From assembly GCF_009914755.1 (NCBI RefSeq), contig NC_060938.1: a DNA stretch of 64,000 nt; one strand, written 5' to 3'. Position 1 is the first letter of the stretch. Every line of letters starts with the position of its first letter. A program made the position numbers and the translations under genes. Shown here piece by piece: positions 1 to 15,700 of this stretch. This DNA is from the human T2T-CHM13v2.0 reference genome, Homo sapiens. The notes under the pieces are model-generated. The model was not told where the DNA came from, ran no database searches, and was given only the letters and a program-made list of their open reading frames with translations.

Positions 1-3000
1 CCAGGCACCCCCAAAGCTGCCCTTTCAGACAGAGCCACCCCTTTTCCTTGGCCAGGTGTGTCCTGCTGCAGGGTGGGGGCCCCTGCTGGTCCTCCCATGG
101 GCTCGTTCTCTACCCCGTGTCTTCTGCCCTGTGTGAGGTCATTTGCTGTCCTAGGAAACCCCCCCAACCCCCTGACCTCAGTGCAGGGTAGTTGGGTCCC
201 TGGGGCCCCCTTGCTGGCCTAGGAGCTGCTCGAAGTGGGCAGCCTGGGACCACCCACAGCTGTAGGGCTGGGCGCTGGGAAGACACAGGAAGGGGGCTGA
301 ACATCCTATGTCTTGTCCTGCTAAACAAGCCTTCACAGGTGAAAGACCAGCCGTGGGGGCCTCCCCTGCTGACCCCCAGCAGCCTCCGCCCTTGCCCCCT
401 GGCTGTGGCACGAGGAGCCTGCAGCATGTTCTGGCCGCCCGGCCGCCGCAGGCCGTGGACGCAGCTGCTTGTATCTCCCAGGTCAGCTCTTCCAAGCAGC
501 AAGCCAGGGCCTTAGGGGGCCTTACACCCACTCCCACCCTGCACCTCCTGCCCCTGCCTCCGTGTTGCAGGGGTGACACTGGCTGCCTCCACGTTATAAG
601 GGTGACACTGGCTGCCTGGGGTCCTGGAAGGAACCCAGCAAAGGCCATAAGTGTCTTACCTGCTCTCTGTACCCAGAGGAGGGTCAGTCGGGAGGCTGAG
701 AGAGTGCAGGCGGTGGCACAGCCCTTGTGACGGGGGACCTGTGCAGAGCCCTCTCCAGCCAGGCTCCCCTGCGAGAGTCCCTCGTGAGGTGACTCCTGCT
801 GGCCCGCCCTCCTCTGCCGAGAATGGCACTCCTCCTATGAGGGCAGGCCAGGCCTGGAGGGCGGCCTCGAGCCCCAGCCTGCCCGTGCAGCGCATGGGTG
901 GAAAGGGCTGCTCAGGCATCCGGCAGCTTGCCCAGGGCCATGCGGAGTGGCCCCCAAGGCATCTGTGCCCTCCGTGCCCGCGGGGCCTCCCCACGCCACG
1001 GTGGTATGCTCCTTACACTCCTGACCACACTGCCTCCACAGACATGTGTGTGCCTCCAGGGTCAGGATGAGGGTCTCAGTGTCCAGCCGGTGTCACCCCT
1101 GTCATATTGGCCCATGTCCAGGGCTGGGTGCTGTCTGCATGGCCCAGAGGCGCAGCTTGGCTTTGAGAGTTCCAGCAACATCCCTGTGTTGTGACGTCTC
1201 CTGCATTCGGCCCTCATCTGCCACGCACTGCCCCATGGGCCTCGGAGCAGAGCATGGATGGGAGGCCAGCCTGCCATGGCTGGCTCGGTGGGGGGGTCTG
1301 GCTCGGCAGAGGGCAGGTGGCCCTGGGAATTGGAGCCACCCATGCCCTGGGGACCAGCAGCCACCACCTGTCTTCTGTGCCTTCGCGTGCCTGGGAGGAC
1401 ACAGATGTCACAGATTTCCAAACACTGGTCTGCTCAACAAGGATAGTGGGATGTCAAAGGCCACGTCCAGGCACTCCTGCCTGACAGCTGTGGACACAGC
1501 CAGGGTGCTGGGGGGCCAGGAGGCCGCCCTGAGGCAGAGGTGGGCCTCAACACAGGATTTGCATCGCTTTATGTTATTTGAAATGGACAAGAAGAGGGGA
1601 AAGTTTCAACTCTTCTCCTTAGAAATGGAACTAGGCCTGGGGCATCTTTAATGGGATGGGAGGAATCTGTAGGTGGTTTCATCCAGAGGCATTTGCCAGG
1701 TCTTCTGCAGAGGGTGGGCCAGGAGCCGTCCAGGTTGGCGTCTGGGGAGGGTGGGTCTTGCCAGCCGCCGTCTCCTCACACTGGCGCTGCGAAGACAGGG
1801 AAGGCACCTGCTGGGACCAGCCGCAGAGGCTGCCTCCTGGGAGTGTGCTCTGGACCGGCTGCCGGGCAGAGGCTGTTTTACTTGTGGGCACACTTTGTGG
1901 GGAGCACTGGGATCAAGCCTCTGCCCTGCAGGGCTCTTGAGGAGATAGCGCTGCTGGTCCTGGGAGCTGGTGCTCCAGGCAGACGGCTGGGCTGGGCCTG
2001 TGGCATCCTCCGCTGGGCCTGTTTCCTGCAAGGGATTCTCTCTGAATGACCCTGTGCTGGACGACAACCCAAGGGAGGGCCGGGGCCACTGTGCGAGCCC
2101 ATGTTCTGCACCTGGTGCCGGGCTGTCCCTGAGGGCCACCCTGCTGGCCTGGCCATTCTCGTCCTGCCCCCGGCGCTCCAGGGGCAACAGGTGCTCCTCT
2201 GCACTGTGTGTGCACAGTCTCCGCCTGTAAGACAGCCACTTGCCGGCATCAGACTCTGCAGTTTGGGGAAATGAGACAGAAGAAACAGCTGAGGGAGCTG
2301 CCCAGAGAGAAGGCACCAGTTGCTGATGCGGTCTGGCTGAGGAAGCTGGGCGGGGAGGCACCTCTGTCCCTACGTGCAGGCCACGGGGGGCCTTGAGGCC
2401 AGGGGAGAGGAGGAAAGAGGAGAGCCAGACCCAGCCCACCACTCAGGATAGGCCCTGCCCTCTGGATCTTTCCTGGGGCCCAGAAGGAGATGCCCTCACC
2501 TCACCCTAGCTGCCGGCGGGGCCTCATGCTGTGCTGGCCCCTTGTCTTGTGGGAGAGCTCCCTGGGCCCAAGCCCAGGCTGCAGTGGGCACAGTCAGCAG
2601 GAGCCTGTGCGAGCTGGACCACAGGACAGCCCTGCTTGAGCTGCACACGTCGGAGGGGAAGACAGACGGGTCCCCTCAGCGGCCCCGCGGCTCCTGTCCT
2701 CCACCCTTGGCATCTTCGTGTGGACGGGCTGTGACCAGACTTCCAGGAGAGGCTGCTGTTACCTGCCAGATGTTGTATGGGGCCAAGTCCAGGCAAAACC
2801 TCCACTGCCCGCTGAGTACATCAGCTCACGCGGGGCACGGCCTGGGGTGTGCTGGGCCTGCCTGCAGGCTGTGCGTGGGGTGTTCTGGTAGAACATGGAG
2901 GCCCACTGCAGCCAAAGCCTGGCCTCTTATGTGGGCATGGACGTTACCCAGATAGTCTGGAGAAAACTTCTGCACCCTGGCTTTGGTGCTGCTGATTACC

Positions 3001-3463
3001 AGAGAGGGCCCAGGCTCTTCCTGGGAGTCCCAGGGCACTGGCAGCTGCCCTAACCCCAGCAGAGCAGGGGTGCCCAGCTTGGTGGGGAAGTGGAAATGCA
3101 AGCCGGACAGGGCTGAGCTGGCTGTGTGGGCGTCGGGCACCTAGGATGGCAGAGTGAATCCCTCCGTGGAGCTGTGCCCTCTGGCCTGTCCTCCTGACCA
3201 TGGGTGCACAGAGACCCCTTTGTCCTTCCAGCATGTCAGCATGTCAGAAGGGGCCCAGGCGTTGGTCCTGGGGGCCAGGCCAGGGCTGGCAGTGGTTGGA
3301 GATGGGTGGGGCCGGGACACACAGGGCAGGGCTGTCCGGCAGGGCCATCCGGCAGGGCCGCGGCCCCAGGGCTGCGCCAGGTTCTCAGGCCAAGAGGGAG
3401 CTGTGCCCACCAGGCGGGGCTGTGCCCTGAGGAGAGCTTAACTGTCTGTTTCCTTGCTCTTAG

Positions 3464-3506
3464 CCCTGACGAAGAGTCCTCCCAAAAGTTCATTCCCTTT
3501 GTCGGG
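3464..3506 (+). CDS. PACS2: PACS2 internal coding exon (PDEESSQKFIPFVG)
   Basis: ctcttag|CCCTGAC...GTCGGG|gtgagt; 43 nt; peptide recognised as PACS2 C-terminal region; phase 0 end fits next exon. Confidence 0.93.
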
Positions 3507-4709
3507 GTGAGTACTGGCCAGCTTTATGTGATGGGAAACCGCACACCTGCCAACTTGTCGTTTACAGTCAGAACGTTTGGGGATTGACTCGATATATTCC
3601 AGAACCTTCCCACAGATACGAGCTGGGGATTTGCCTTCCCATCTGGCCTGTCTCAAAGCTCGCTTCCTTCCCTGCTGGAGTGGGGTGTGGGGCCAGAGGT
3701 TGTTAGTTCCCCTTAGCTCTGCCTTGGGGGCTGATAAATGGAAGCAGAGACAGGTCGGTGGGGCGAGGCCTCAGAACACCCAGGAGGCTTGGCCCCACGT
3801 CTCAGGAGAGGAGAGACTGCCTGCCCGGGTTGGGGAGGGCGCCTCTGTCCTTTAGGAGCCCAAGGCCCCGGGAGCTTCCCAGTGCTCACTTGGGCTGCAG
3901 CCTGCAGTGTGTGGGTTTCACTTCCTGCCCTGCCCAGGGTTAGGGCTGCTTCTGCCAGCCAGGCCATCTCCCTGCCAGCCCTGGGTCTCCACAGCCTGTT
4001 TCCTGCCATCTTTTCGCTCTGTTGTGTGGCCTCCCTCCCGCCAGGTGTCTGCTGTGAGACAGACCCACAGGGCCTGGCAGACAGGTTGCCCAGGCAGCGG
4101 AAGGGTCTCTGGGCCTCGGTTTCCCCACTGGTGGAACAGAGGCCTTTTTGTGCACCGTGCAGTGGTTGGGTCTGCTGAGGGCTCTGGGGCGATGGCTGGC
4201 CCTCTGGGAGGGTGGAATTCGTCTTGAACAGCGGCTGCCCAAAGAGCTTTCTCCGGTGACAAGAGTACACTGTGCTCGGGCACACAGGCCTTCCCATGCA
4301 ACCAAGGCCCTGCGGTGTCACTGGGATTCACGGTAGATCTACGTAGCCGCCTGTGGCTCGTGGCTGCCAGGTCCGGGGCCTATCCCCGTCGGCCCGCCAA
4401 GGTCCCTCTCACCAGCGTCCTGTTTTTACTGCACACATAGTTTGCAGCTGCCCTGAGGGCCGACTTTAGAGAGAGCAGTCCCTCCTGCTGAGGCCACGCA
4501 CCCTGAGCACTGTCTGTCCCCACATGGCTGCTCTGAGCTCAGCTCTGCTCCACAGATGGGGAGAGAAGGGCAGGAGGGAGCTGGCACCACCTGGCCGCTC
4601 CAGCATCATGGGAGTGGTGGCCACGGTGGGGAGGCGGGAGCCCCACTGGGAGGGCGCTGGGCTAGCTGAATTGCACGGCTTTCACCAGCCAGTGCCTGTT
4701 GTTTTCTAG

Positions 4710-4752
4710 GTTGTGAAGGTTGGAATTGTGGAGCCATCCTCGGCCACATCAG
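4710..4752 (+). CDS. PACS2: PACS2 coding exon (VVKVGIVEPSSATS-G)
   Basis: ttttctag|GTTGTG...TCAG|gtaacc; 43 nt; phase 0 to 1. Confidence 0.92.
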
Positions 4753-5120
4753 GTAACCCCGTCCCACCCTGAGGCCTTGTGAGTGGCCCGTGGGTGGGCT
4801 GCAGGAGCACGGTCATTCGAGTCCTGCAGACCAGATCAACCTTTCAGGGCCTGAGAGCCGCCACGTCCCAGTCTTGCTGTGGTGCTTCTGTCCTGCGGGG
4901 GGTTCATCCTCCAAGGACTGCTGTCACAAAGCCCCACATCAAGGCTGGCAGGGTTGTCTTCCAAAAACCGAGGAGAATCCGAGACCCTCCCGTCTCTCAC
5001 AGGCCACTGGGGACTCCCACCCTGCCCACCCCCAGGAGCTGCCTGGCCTGGCCACATCCTGGTCCGGAGGGCCTGGTGGCACCCGGGCAGAGCAGCAGGT
5101 GGGCTCAGCCTGCCCTGTGA

Positions 5121-5270
<150 letters not shown>

Positions 5271-6098
5271 TAAAGGTGCCTCACGGCTCAGCACGTTTCA
5301 CTTACCCGCCCCACCACATGCTGCCTGATTCAGTCATCCTCCCCTATGTCACATCCACCTCCCAGGGCACCTGGCCTGTCAGCCACGAAGGCGGAGGGGC
5401 TCTGCAGGACGGCTGGGTCCTCTCTGGCCACCTCCTGCCACAGATCTGGTGTTTGGGGGCAGGACCTCTGGGGGACAGAAACTCCTGCACAGTGAATAAA
5501 CATGGGCGTTGTGCTGGGCTGTCTCTCAGCTCTGTACACAGTTGGGGCTTTTAAAAAACAAGCTGAGGGCAGAAGGTGCAAGAGACGTGAGTCTCTAGAC
5601 GGTCCTCATGGGATGAGCTTCGATAGCTGTGCTGAGGCCCCGCTAGCCCGCCCGGGTCTCTCCGGAGCAGACCTCACTCAAGTGGAACTAAGCCATGGGG
5701 GGTTGTGGGCCCTGAGGCCAGGCGTGGTGCTGGTGCTGCGTGCAGGGCTCACACCAGCAGATACCCCCCCGACCCCCCTGCCTCTGTGTTTCCAGCCGCC
5801 GGCTCCTTCCAGGCTGCGCCTGAGGGAGCTGGTTCGCACGGGCCCTCACGACTCCAAGGGGCAGCTTGGAGAGCAGGTGGACAGGCCTCCCAGGCCGAGG
5901 CTCTCCTGTCGCCAGGGTCCCTGTAATTTAAGCAGGACCCTTGTGGGGGTGACTGGGCATGTGAACAGCTCCACAGAGCATGCTCCAAGCACCCGGCCCT
6001 CCTCTGCTGGCAAGTTGGCACAGGTGCTGGCTGTCACCTCCTGGCCTGTCACAGGGACAGTGATGTCCCCATCACTAGGCCCAAAGATGCAGGTGTGA

Positions 6099-6494
<396 letters not shown>

Positions 6495-6624
6495 TGAATC
6501 CTGAGGGCAGTGAGGGTCAGGTGCTTCTGACCAGAGCCTCAGGCGGAGGCCAGCTGGGTGGGCAGGAGAGCAGCTGTCCTCAGTCACCGTGGAAGGCAGG
6601 TTTCCTAGGTGAGCAGTGCCATGA

Positions 6625-6864
<240 letters not shown>

Positions 6865-7017
6865 TAGAGTGGGACGTAGGTGAGAGCACAGCAAGGCTGC
6901 TTTGGAGCCCAGCCTAGGAGCTGCGGGTGTCTCGCTGTGACACGCACATTCCACGATTCAAGGTGCAAGCACATTCGATGAAGCCCTCAGTGAGGCTGAC
7001 AACCTTCCAAATGCTGA

Positions 7018-7393
<376 letters not shown>

Positions 7394-7424
7394 TAAAAAT
7401 AATGGCTTGTAGTTTAAAAGTGTT

Positions 7425-7559
7425 GGCTGAGCGCAGAGGCTGAGGCAGGAGAATGGCGTGAACCCGGGTGGCGGAGCTTGCAGTGAGCCGAGATTGCGCC
7501 ACTGCACTCCAGCCTGGGTGACAGAGCAAGACTCCGCCTCAAAAAAAAAAAAAAAAAAA
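7425..7559 (+). mobile_element. Internally deleted AluY-like element
   Basis: GGCTGAGCGC head fused to right arm (GAGAATGGCGTGAACCC), then poly-A. Confidence 0.85.
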
Positions 7560-7842
7560 GGGGTTTTGGAGAAGATACTCTGCAAGTAACTGTTTCAGAA
7601 ACGGAGCTCTGGGAGGCTTTCCTCTTTTTGAGCACGGGTCAGATGACCTCCAGGTCGACGTGGCCCTGTCTCCCCACAGGGGTCTCTGTTTTAAGGGGGC
7701 TCCCACTGTCTTCTTCCCACACCTGTGCAGGTGGAAGTGGATGTGGACGAGCAGCGCCTGGCGGAAGGTGGTGGGGTCTGCTCCTTCCACCTGCAGGCAG
7801 CCCTGGGGGAAATGCTGCCCTCCCCACCCCCCAGGGCTCTGA

Positions 7843-8175
<333 letters not shown>

Positions 8176-8674
8176 CCCCACCCACCAGGGGGCCCACCTC
8201 CTGCCCCATGCTGTGAGGGGCCCAGCTGCATTTCTGTTAACATTTCAGTTTACTACAGAGACAGACGCTTAAAACACAAAGAGAAACAGTCTTAAGTATG
8301 AATGTGCTCACAACGTGGAAACTAACGGGGGAGCTCCTGCCAGGAGCCGAATAACTGCTCTGCTTATTAACCCGAACGTTCGGCCCGGGGCTGGGAAGCC
8401 AGAAGGACGATGCTGAGCCATGGATCGCGGAAGGCGTCCTCTGGCCTCAGGAGCCACCCAGAGCCTCACAGGCTGAGTTCTTGCCTCTGTGTCCTGTCCT
8501 TCCTGGAAGTCAGGACTCTGCTTCCTCAGGGAGCCCGGGGAAGGCGGAGCTCAGTGGCCACAGGCCGAGGGCCATGGGGCCGCTCAGTCCCGTTGGGGTT
8601 GTCCTGAGTTGAGCCTGGGGGGGCCGTCCTGCCCGCCTAAGAGATGCCCCCAGCACCGCACACTCGTGGTTCCC

Positions 8675-8680
8675 AATAAA
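8675..8680 (+). terminator. PACS2: Candidate proximal polyadenylation signal
   Basis: AATAAA followed by U-rich sequence (ggttttatag...atattttt). Confidence 0.55.
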
Positions 8681-9898
8681 CTCCTGCCTGCGGCGGAGGT
8701 TTTATAGCAGCAGATATTTTTAATGCTTTTCAATACATGTTCTAATGTAGCTGCCAAACATGTTGCTCTTCTGAAGTCCCCCTGGGGCTGGGCAGAGCCA
8801 GCAGAGCCTGCCCCCACTTCCCCAGCCCCTGCCCCACCCCGCCTCACACCTTCCCCACTCTCAGGCTGTTCTTGAAACACCATGAGGCTTCTGCGTGTAG
8901 TCCCTGCCCCAAACTTAGCAAGCACAGGGGCCTCCACAGCCCAGGTGGCCCCAGAAAATGTTCCAGAGCCCAGCTTGGTACATAGTGAGATGCTGCTGGG
9001 GTTGGCCTGAGGTGGGGGCCACTTCCTCCACCCCAGTGGGTATGTCTGAGGTCAGCCATGGGGATATCTGGGTTGAGATTCAGGTTTTGGTGAATATGGG
9101 GCAGGCGTCCAGATGTGTTTGTGTCACCTGCTGCAACGCTGTAGCCAATGAAGATTCCAGCGGGATGGCCTGACCAGCGGGGCCGGCACTTTGGAGCCGT
9201 GGGTGCAGCCAGGTACCCCGTGCAGGGCCTGGGAGGCTCTCCAGGCCACAGTCCTCAGAGCGTGTTGGGTCCCATGTTGTGTGTGGGTTCCATGCCCTCC
9301 ACACAGCAGGAGAGGGCTTCCCTGACCACACCTGCCCCCTCAGTCCTGCTTCTCCCCAGTAAGCCTGCACTGTGGGGTCTCCATAGGAGGAGCTGGGGAA
9401 GCTGGGGCCCTCCCAGGGGTCCTGATCGACCCTGGGGGCTCTTGGCCTGGTTTCGTAAGATGGAGCACTGCAAAAGGCCATGCTCAGAAAGCAAACGCAG
9501 GGCAGGGTGGGCCTCGAGCCGGGGCTGGAGGGGTCTCCACCCTTGCTGGCCTGAGAGATGGCCCACATTTCTTACTTGTGACCGCCCTGCTCTTCCTGGC
9601 CGCCCCCCCCAGGTGGCTGAACAGGGTGATTTTGTTGTGGTGAGGGGCCAGGATGTGGCCTGGTGTGCAGCCTCAGCTCCCTGGGTTCAGGCCTCAGAGG
9701 TAGCCTGTGTGCAGGAGGCAGAGCCCCAGCCCCTCCCAGCCAGAGCCCCTCCACACCAGGGACTCCTCCTTCACCTGGGACCAGGAGCCTGGGGCACACC
9801 CCAGGGTGGGGGAGAGGGTAGGAAGGTCTCCCATTGAATCCTGGCTTCAGGCTCTGCCCCGAGAAGTGTCTGCGGTGAGGGTGTGAGCCCCGGGCTGA

Positions 9899-10507
<609 letters not shown>

Positions 10508-11629
10508 TAGCCACGCAAGGGGAGAACATGGGCAGAGTCTCCATCCAGCAGCTGGGGGTTCTGGTGGCACTCCCTGTGCCCCTGCTGCTGCTGGGCTGTG
10601 GGTCTGCCCTGCACCCAGGAGCCCCACGGTCCATCCCCCACACCATGCCCAGCACCAGGGAGGTTGGGCAGACAAGACCTGGGCCATGCCAGCCCTCTGT
10701 GCCTCGGTTTTCCCACTGGTTACACAGGATGGTCGCATTTTCCCTGCCTACCTCACAGAGCTGTTCTGAGGGTGCATGGAGGAGCACTCTGTCCCACCAA
10801 GGACAACTAGAAACCAAAGCCATCTGACAGCCAGTGCGGTAAGGGCGGGGGATGTGTGTGTGAGGTGTGCACACCCCCCGAGAACCTGGCCCTGGACTGG
10901 CCTCACAGGACAGGAGGCAGCCCCTTGTAGAGCTAGGGCTCAGCCCCATCAGTCTCAAAGGTTAAGCCACCAGTCACCACCGAGGCACCCCTCAGGCCTG
11001 GTGGCCACTGTCCACTATTACGTAGACAGACCCCACCCTCACCCAGGCCAGCTGTGGGCCAGTCCCGCCCTGCAATCTGGTCTGCTGCCTTCCTCTTCCA
11101 TGTTGGTCCCCTTGGCCACTGTCTCTGGGCATGCAAGCCAGTGTCCTGGTTCAGTGCCTCGGCCAGAGCTGGGGCAGGAGAGGGGCCTCTGGGTGAGAGC
11201 TGGGGGTGTCTCTGCAGGGTACTGGCAGCCTTGCCACACTGTCCTCATTCCCAGATGGAAAGACCTGAGTGCCTCTCGCCTTCCTCCGGGAATGAATTCC
11301 TCATGAAAATGACCAGGCCACTTCTTCCGAGGGCCAGGCCGCCCCCTCCCCGAGACCTGTCCTGCCGTCCGCGGGTGTGTGGCCTGTAGGGGACTGAGAG
11401 CTGGGCTTGCTGGGCACCTCTGGAATCTGACCCTGTGGGCCAAAGAAGCACCACTGTAGTTTCTGCAGACCCCCATGCGGTTCATTGTGCATTGTTTGGT
11501 TTCTAGGATGTATGTGTTGCTAGTTTTTTTTAATGAAACCCTGGATTAATGTAAATAGCTTTTTGGGGAACGGATTCTAATGTCACGTATGTGACCGTGT
11601 GGACTATTTCAAGGTGCTGATGCAACACT

Positions 11630-11635
11630 AATAAA
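11630..11635 (+). terminator. PACS2: Distal polyadenylation signal of PACS2
   Basis: AATAAA at the end of an AT-rich block with TGTA motifs, immediately before a CpG island. Confidence 0.75.
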
Positions 11636-11639
11636 CCTG

Positions 11640-12470
11640 GAGGGGCCGGCCCCCGCCTGCAGTGTGATTCTCTCGGCCGTCCACCCCTTGGGAGCACGCG
11701 GCGGAGCAGCGCCTCCCTCCCGCCCGCGCGCCCCGTCCTGGGTCGCCCCGCCCCAGCCCTGCGGCCCCGCGCGCGCGGAGGTGGCCCGGGGCTCAGCGGC
11801 ATCGCGCCGCTTGAAGGGCGCAGGGCCGAAAGGGGCTCTGGCCGACAAACCCCAAGTTCAGGTCTGTGCTTCGGGAGACCCCGGAGGCCGACGCCCGGAA
11901 GGGCCCGTGGGGCGGTAGCGGCCATAGACCCGGATATGCGCCGGGGACCCCCAGACCGCGCCCATCCCCCACCCGCCGCAACGGAGCCCAGAACGCAGGC
12001 GCGGCGCAGACCGGAAGCGGAACCGGTGGGGGCGGGGCTTGCCGTAGCGGACGTTCTGGAGCGAGGCGCCGGCCCCTTGGGCCCCCTCAAGCCGCGGTGT
12101 ACTCCAGCGGCCCCCTGTGGCCTCTCCATCCGCGGCGGGTCTGTCCCTCCTTCTGTCTCCGGGTGCCCACGTACCCCCCACCTCCGACCGCCGTTCCCGT
12201 GTACCCCGCCCCCCCGCCGAACCCCAGAGTGCCCACGGCCTCCAGCGTGTGTCCTGAGCCTTCTTCCCCCGTCCCTCCGCGGACCCCGGCCGCGCAGACC
12301 CCGCCTCCCCACCGGAGAGGGCGGGCACGTAAGGGCTCCGGGCTGGGCCTGGGGCGAGGCCTGGGCCGCGTGGAGGGGAGGTCTCAGGGTCGGAAGCGGG
12401 GCTGTGGCAAGAGCTCTGGGCCTTTCCTTCGCCCCGGGCGTAGCAAGGCCGGGCCCTGAGAGCGTGCCCG
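11640..12470 (+). promoter_or_regulatory. TEX22: CpG island / TEX22 promoter and first exon
   Basis: Very CpG-dense; GC boxes; ETS-type CCGGAAG at ~11895 and 12011; candidate donor CAC|gtaagg at 12328/12329. Confidence 0.75.
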
Positions 12471-12843
12471 CAGTGCTGGCTGAGGGCTGATGCCCCTGGA
12501 ACGTTTGAGAAGGCTGGCAGAGGCGTGGAGTCCGTGCAGCAGGCTGCCGAAGGCTTTCCAGGCTCCCGGGGTGGGGTCGGCAGGGGCAGAGAGGACAGTT
12601 CGGGAGGCTGGTGTGGAGAAGAGCTGCGGCGGGAGCTGGGGGATCCACTCCACCCAGAGGGGTCAGTGATGCCTGACCTTTGGCTGGAAGGTGACCCTAG
12701 CAGACCGCGATACTGCCACCATCTGCCCCCAGGGACTCAGGTATTGGTGGGCACGTGGGTGGCCTTGTGGGCCCCGCCCCACCTCCCCCTGCTCCTACCC
12801 CCAGATCTCAGAGGTGTGGACAAGCAGCCTACTAGGGCTAGAG

Positions 12844-12993
12844 ATGGACAGCAGGAAACTGTCCCCCCGGGGGAAGAAGCTGGAGTCGCACCTCTCCCAA
12901 GAGCACAGGCGGCCCCCACTGGGCCTGATAGCAGCCTGGGGCCAGCCCAGTATCCAGAGCAGCGTTCAGCAGGGACTGCAGACTCAGGACTGG
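12844..12993 (+). CDS. TEX22: TEX22 first coding exon (MDSRKLSPRGKK...QTQDW); exon begins at 12805
   Basis: Acceptor cccccag|ATC; GAGATGG Kozak; TGG|gtaagc donor; 50 codons. Confidence 0.9.
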
Positions 12994-14619
12994 GTAAGCG
13001 GAAGGAAACCCTGGCCGAGGCTACTCTCCTGTCCCCAGCCCGCCTGAGGCCGCTGTCTCTGAAAACTCCAGGCTGGTCGTGATGAGCAGCCTCAGGGGAG
13101 GGCTGAGTGGGGACTGATGAGAAACAGATGGCTGGACTCAGGAGGCTCTCTTCCCCATGGCCCTGGACGAGCACCAAGGTGGACCTGCACCCTTCTTGCT
13201 TCCAGAACCGTGGGCCGCTGGGCTCTGTAGAGAGGTCTTCCAAGGCCAGGAAGGAGGCAAGGCAACACACTTCCCTTAGCTCTCCCCAGTGCCTCCCACC
13301 CCAGGCTGAAGGTGGCAAGAAGCGGGAGGGAAAGCAAGGTCCCCAGGGGGGGTGGTGTCCTCCCAACCAGGTGGGGCAGCTGTCAGGAGAAGGATTTGTC
13401 ACTGAAAGTTGACCAAAACAAAATAGTGGGAGAGGCTCTGCTGTGATTCCCCAAACTGGAAGCATCTCCTGGTCTCTCTACTGCTGGACAGTGAGCTACA
13501 GGCTTGTGTCAGGCCCAGTAGTGAGAATGGTGGGATATAGCTGTTCAGCCTTAGGACGTTCTCTGAGGGCAGAGGAAGCCAGAACCCCACTCGTGTGGTT
13601 CCACTTTTGGAAGGTTCAAAGCCAGGCTGAGAGATGGCTCTAGGCTGTGGCGAGATGGGTGCAGGGGCTCCTGGGCACTGGCAATGCTTTGGCAGCTGGC
13701 GCTGGTCATGCGGCCAGTTCAGTGTGGGGAGCTCATTGAGCCATGCACACAGGCGTGTCTGCGTGTGTTCCCAGGGCTGCCCGCTGAGGCCCCTTTGTAC
13801 CCTCTCAGTCATGTCCTTCAGGCCCAAATGCTTTCAAAACCCCTATGATGGTGTCAGGTGCTGGGGAGTGGGGTGACCAAACCAGCAGATGCAGTGGCTT
13901 TTGGGAGGCGAACATCTCATGACAGGCAATCCGGACTATAAATACACATAGGTCACCTGTCTAGTGAGGGCCGCTCAGGAGGAGGGCCAGGGGGTGTGAG
14001 GCTTCTGTCCTGCACAGGGCTGGGGACAGGGCACTATGTCTGAAGGGGTAGGGATGTGGATGCAGGAGGAGTGTGTATTGGACCCATATCCAGCAAGGAC
14101 ACAGGGACCCAGTGGCTCTTGGGCAGGGGCAGCCAGGCTGTATTTGTAGTTCCAAGAGATGGACTGGTGGCTATGGGTAATGGTGGTTGAGGACAAGGCT
14201 GGGAGGCAGAAGAGTGGGCTGAAGGCCTCCAAGGGCAGGCGAGCAGTGGGAGAATTAGGTTGTTGGCCAAGGGTGGAAAGAGGTATGGGTGCATCTCTGC
14301 TGACGGGCAGGTTTTTAGTTTGGGGACAGGGAATCTTCCCTAAAAAATGTGGGTGCCCAGATGACTTTATAGGTGGGCACTCCCAAACAAGAAATTAGTC
14401 ATCCTCATTGATGAAGCTTCACCTGCCCAGAGCCACTTCTGATATGGACCTGGTATCACCCAATACCAGTGCCAGAAGAGAACAGAGGGAGAAAAGGAAA
14501 AAGAGAAAATGATGTGCCAGTCTACCTGTGGGCATAGATTGAAAAATCCTGAGTAAGTACTAGACCAAATCCAGGAGCACCTGAAATGCTGAATTTCATA
14601 GCCGTAAGGATGGGTCCTG

Positions 14620-14735
14620 CACACTTCCGCCTGCCAGGAGAGCAGGCACATGTCTCTTCACAGCTCTGTCCCAGTGCTTAGGACAGTGTCTGGCACATAG
14701 TAGGTGCTCAATGAATGTATATGGAATAAATGAAG
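14620..14735 (+). mobile_element. L2 3' end
   Basis: cagtgtctggcacatagtaggtgctcaatgaatgta...aatgaa. Confidence 0.75.
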
Positions 14736-14898
14736 TTGTATGTAAATAAAAGAAGATTGTAACCCAAGGACAAAGGAATTTTGAAATCTGTAAATAAAGT
14801 TCAGTAACAACAGGTGGAAAATCACATGATTATCTCAATAGATGTTGAAAAGTAATACTAATAAATTCCAGTATCTTTCCTTAAGAACAAAAGAAGTC

Positions 14899-15246
14899 GC
14901 AGCCATAAAAAAGGATGAGTTCATGTCCTTTGTAGGGACATGGATGAAGCTGGAAACCATCATTCTCAGCAAACTATCGCAAGGACAAAAAACCAGATGC
15001 TGCATGTTCTCACTCATAGGTGGGAATTGAACAATGACAACACTTGGACACAGGAAGGGGAACATCACACACCGGGGACTCTTGTGGGGTGGGGGGAGGG
15101 GGGAGGGATAGCATTAGGAGATACACCTAATGCTAAATGACGAGTTAATGGGTGCAGCACACCAACATGGCACATGGATACATATGTAACAAACCTGCAT
15201 GTTGTGCACATGTACCCTAGAACTTAAAAGTATAATTTAAAAAAAA
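14899..15246 (+). mobile_element. 5'-truncated L1PA (ORF2 end + 3'UTR)
   Basis: AIKKDEFMSFVGTWMKLETIILSKL...MFSLIGGN*, G-rich tract, poly-A. Confidence 0.95.
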
Positions 15247-15407
15247 CCGAAGTATAGAAACCTGTAGGTTCTGGATAAGATGGGAAGAGATGGACATCTC
15301 CATAGCCTGACGGAGGGGAGCTCTCAAGAGCTTGCAGTGGCCACCAATGGAAGTATTTCAGATGCAAGCAGATGGATGCATGGTACCACTATGACGTCAG
15401 AAAAATC

Positions 15408-15700
<293 letters not shown>

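Noticed and set aside
571-617. Duplicated 18-mer GGGTGACACTGGCTGCCT
   Set aside because: Simple two-copy slippage duplication with no functional indication
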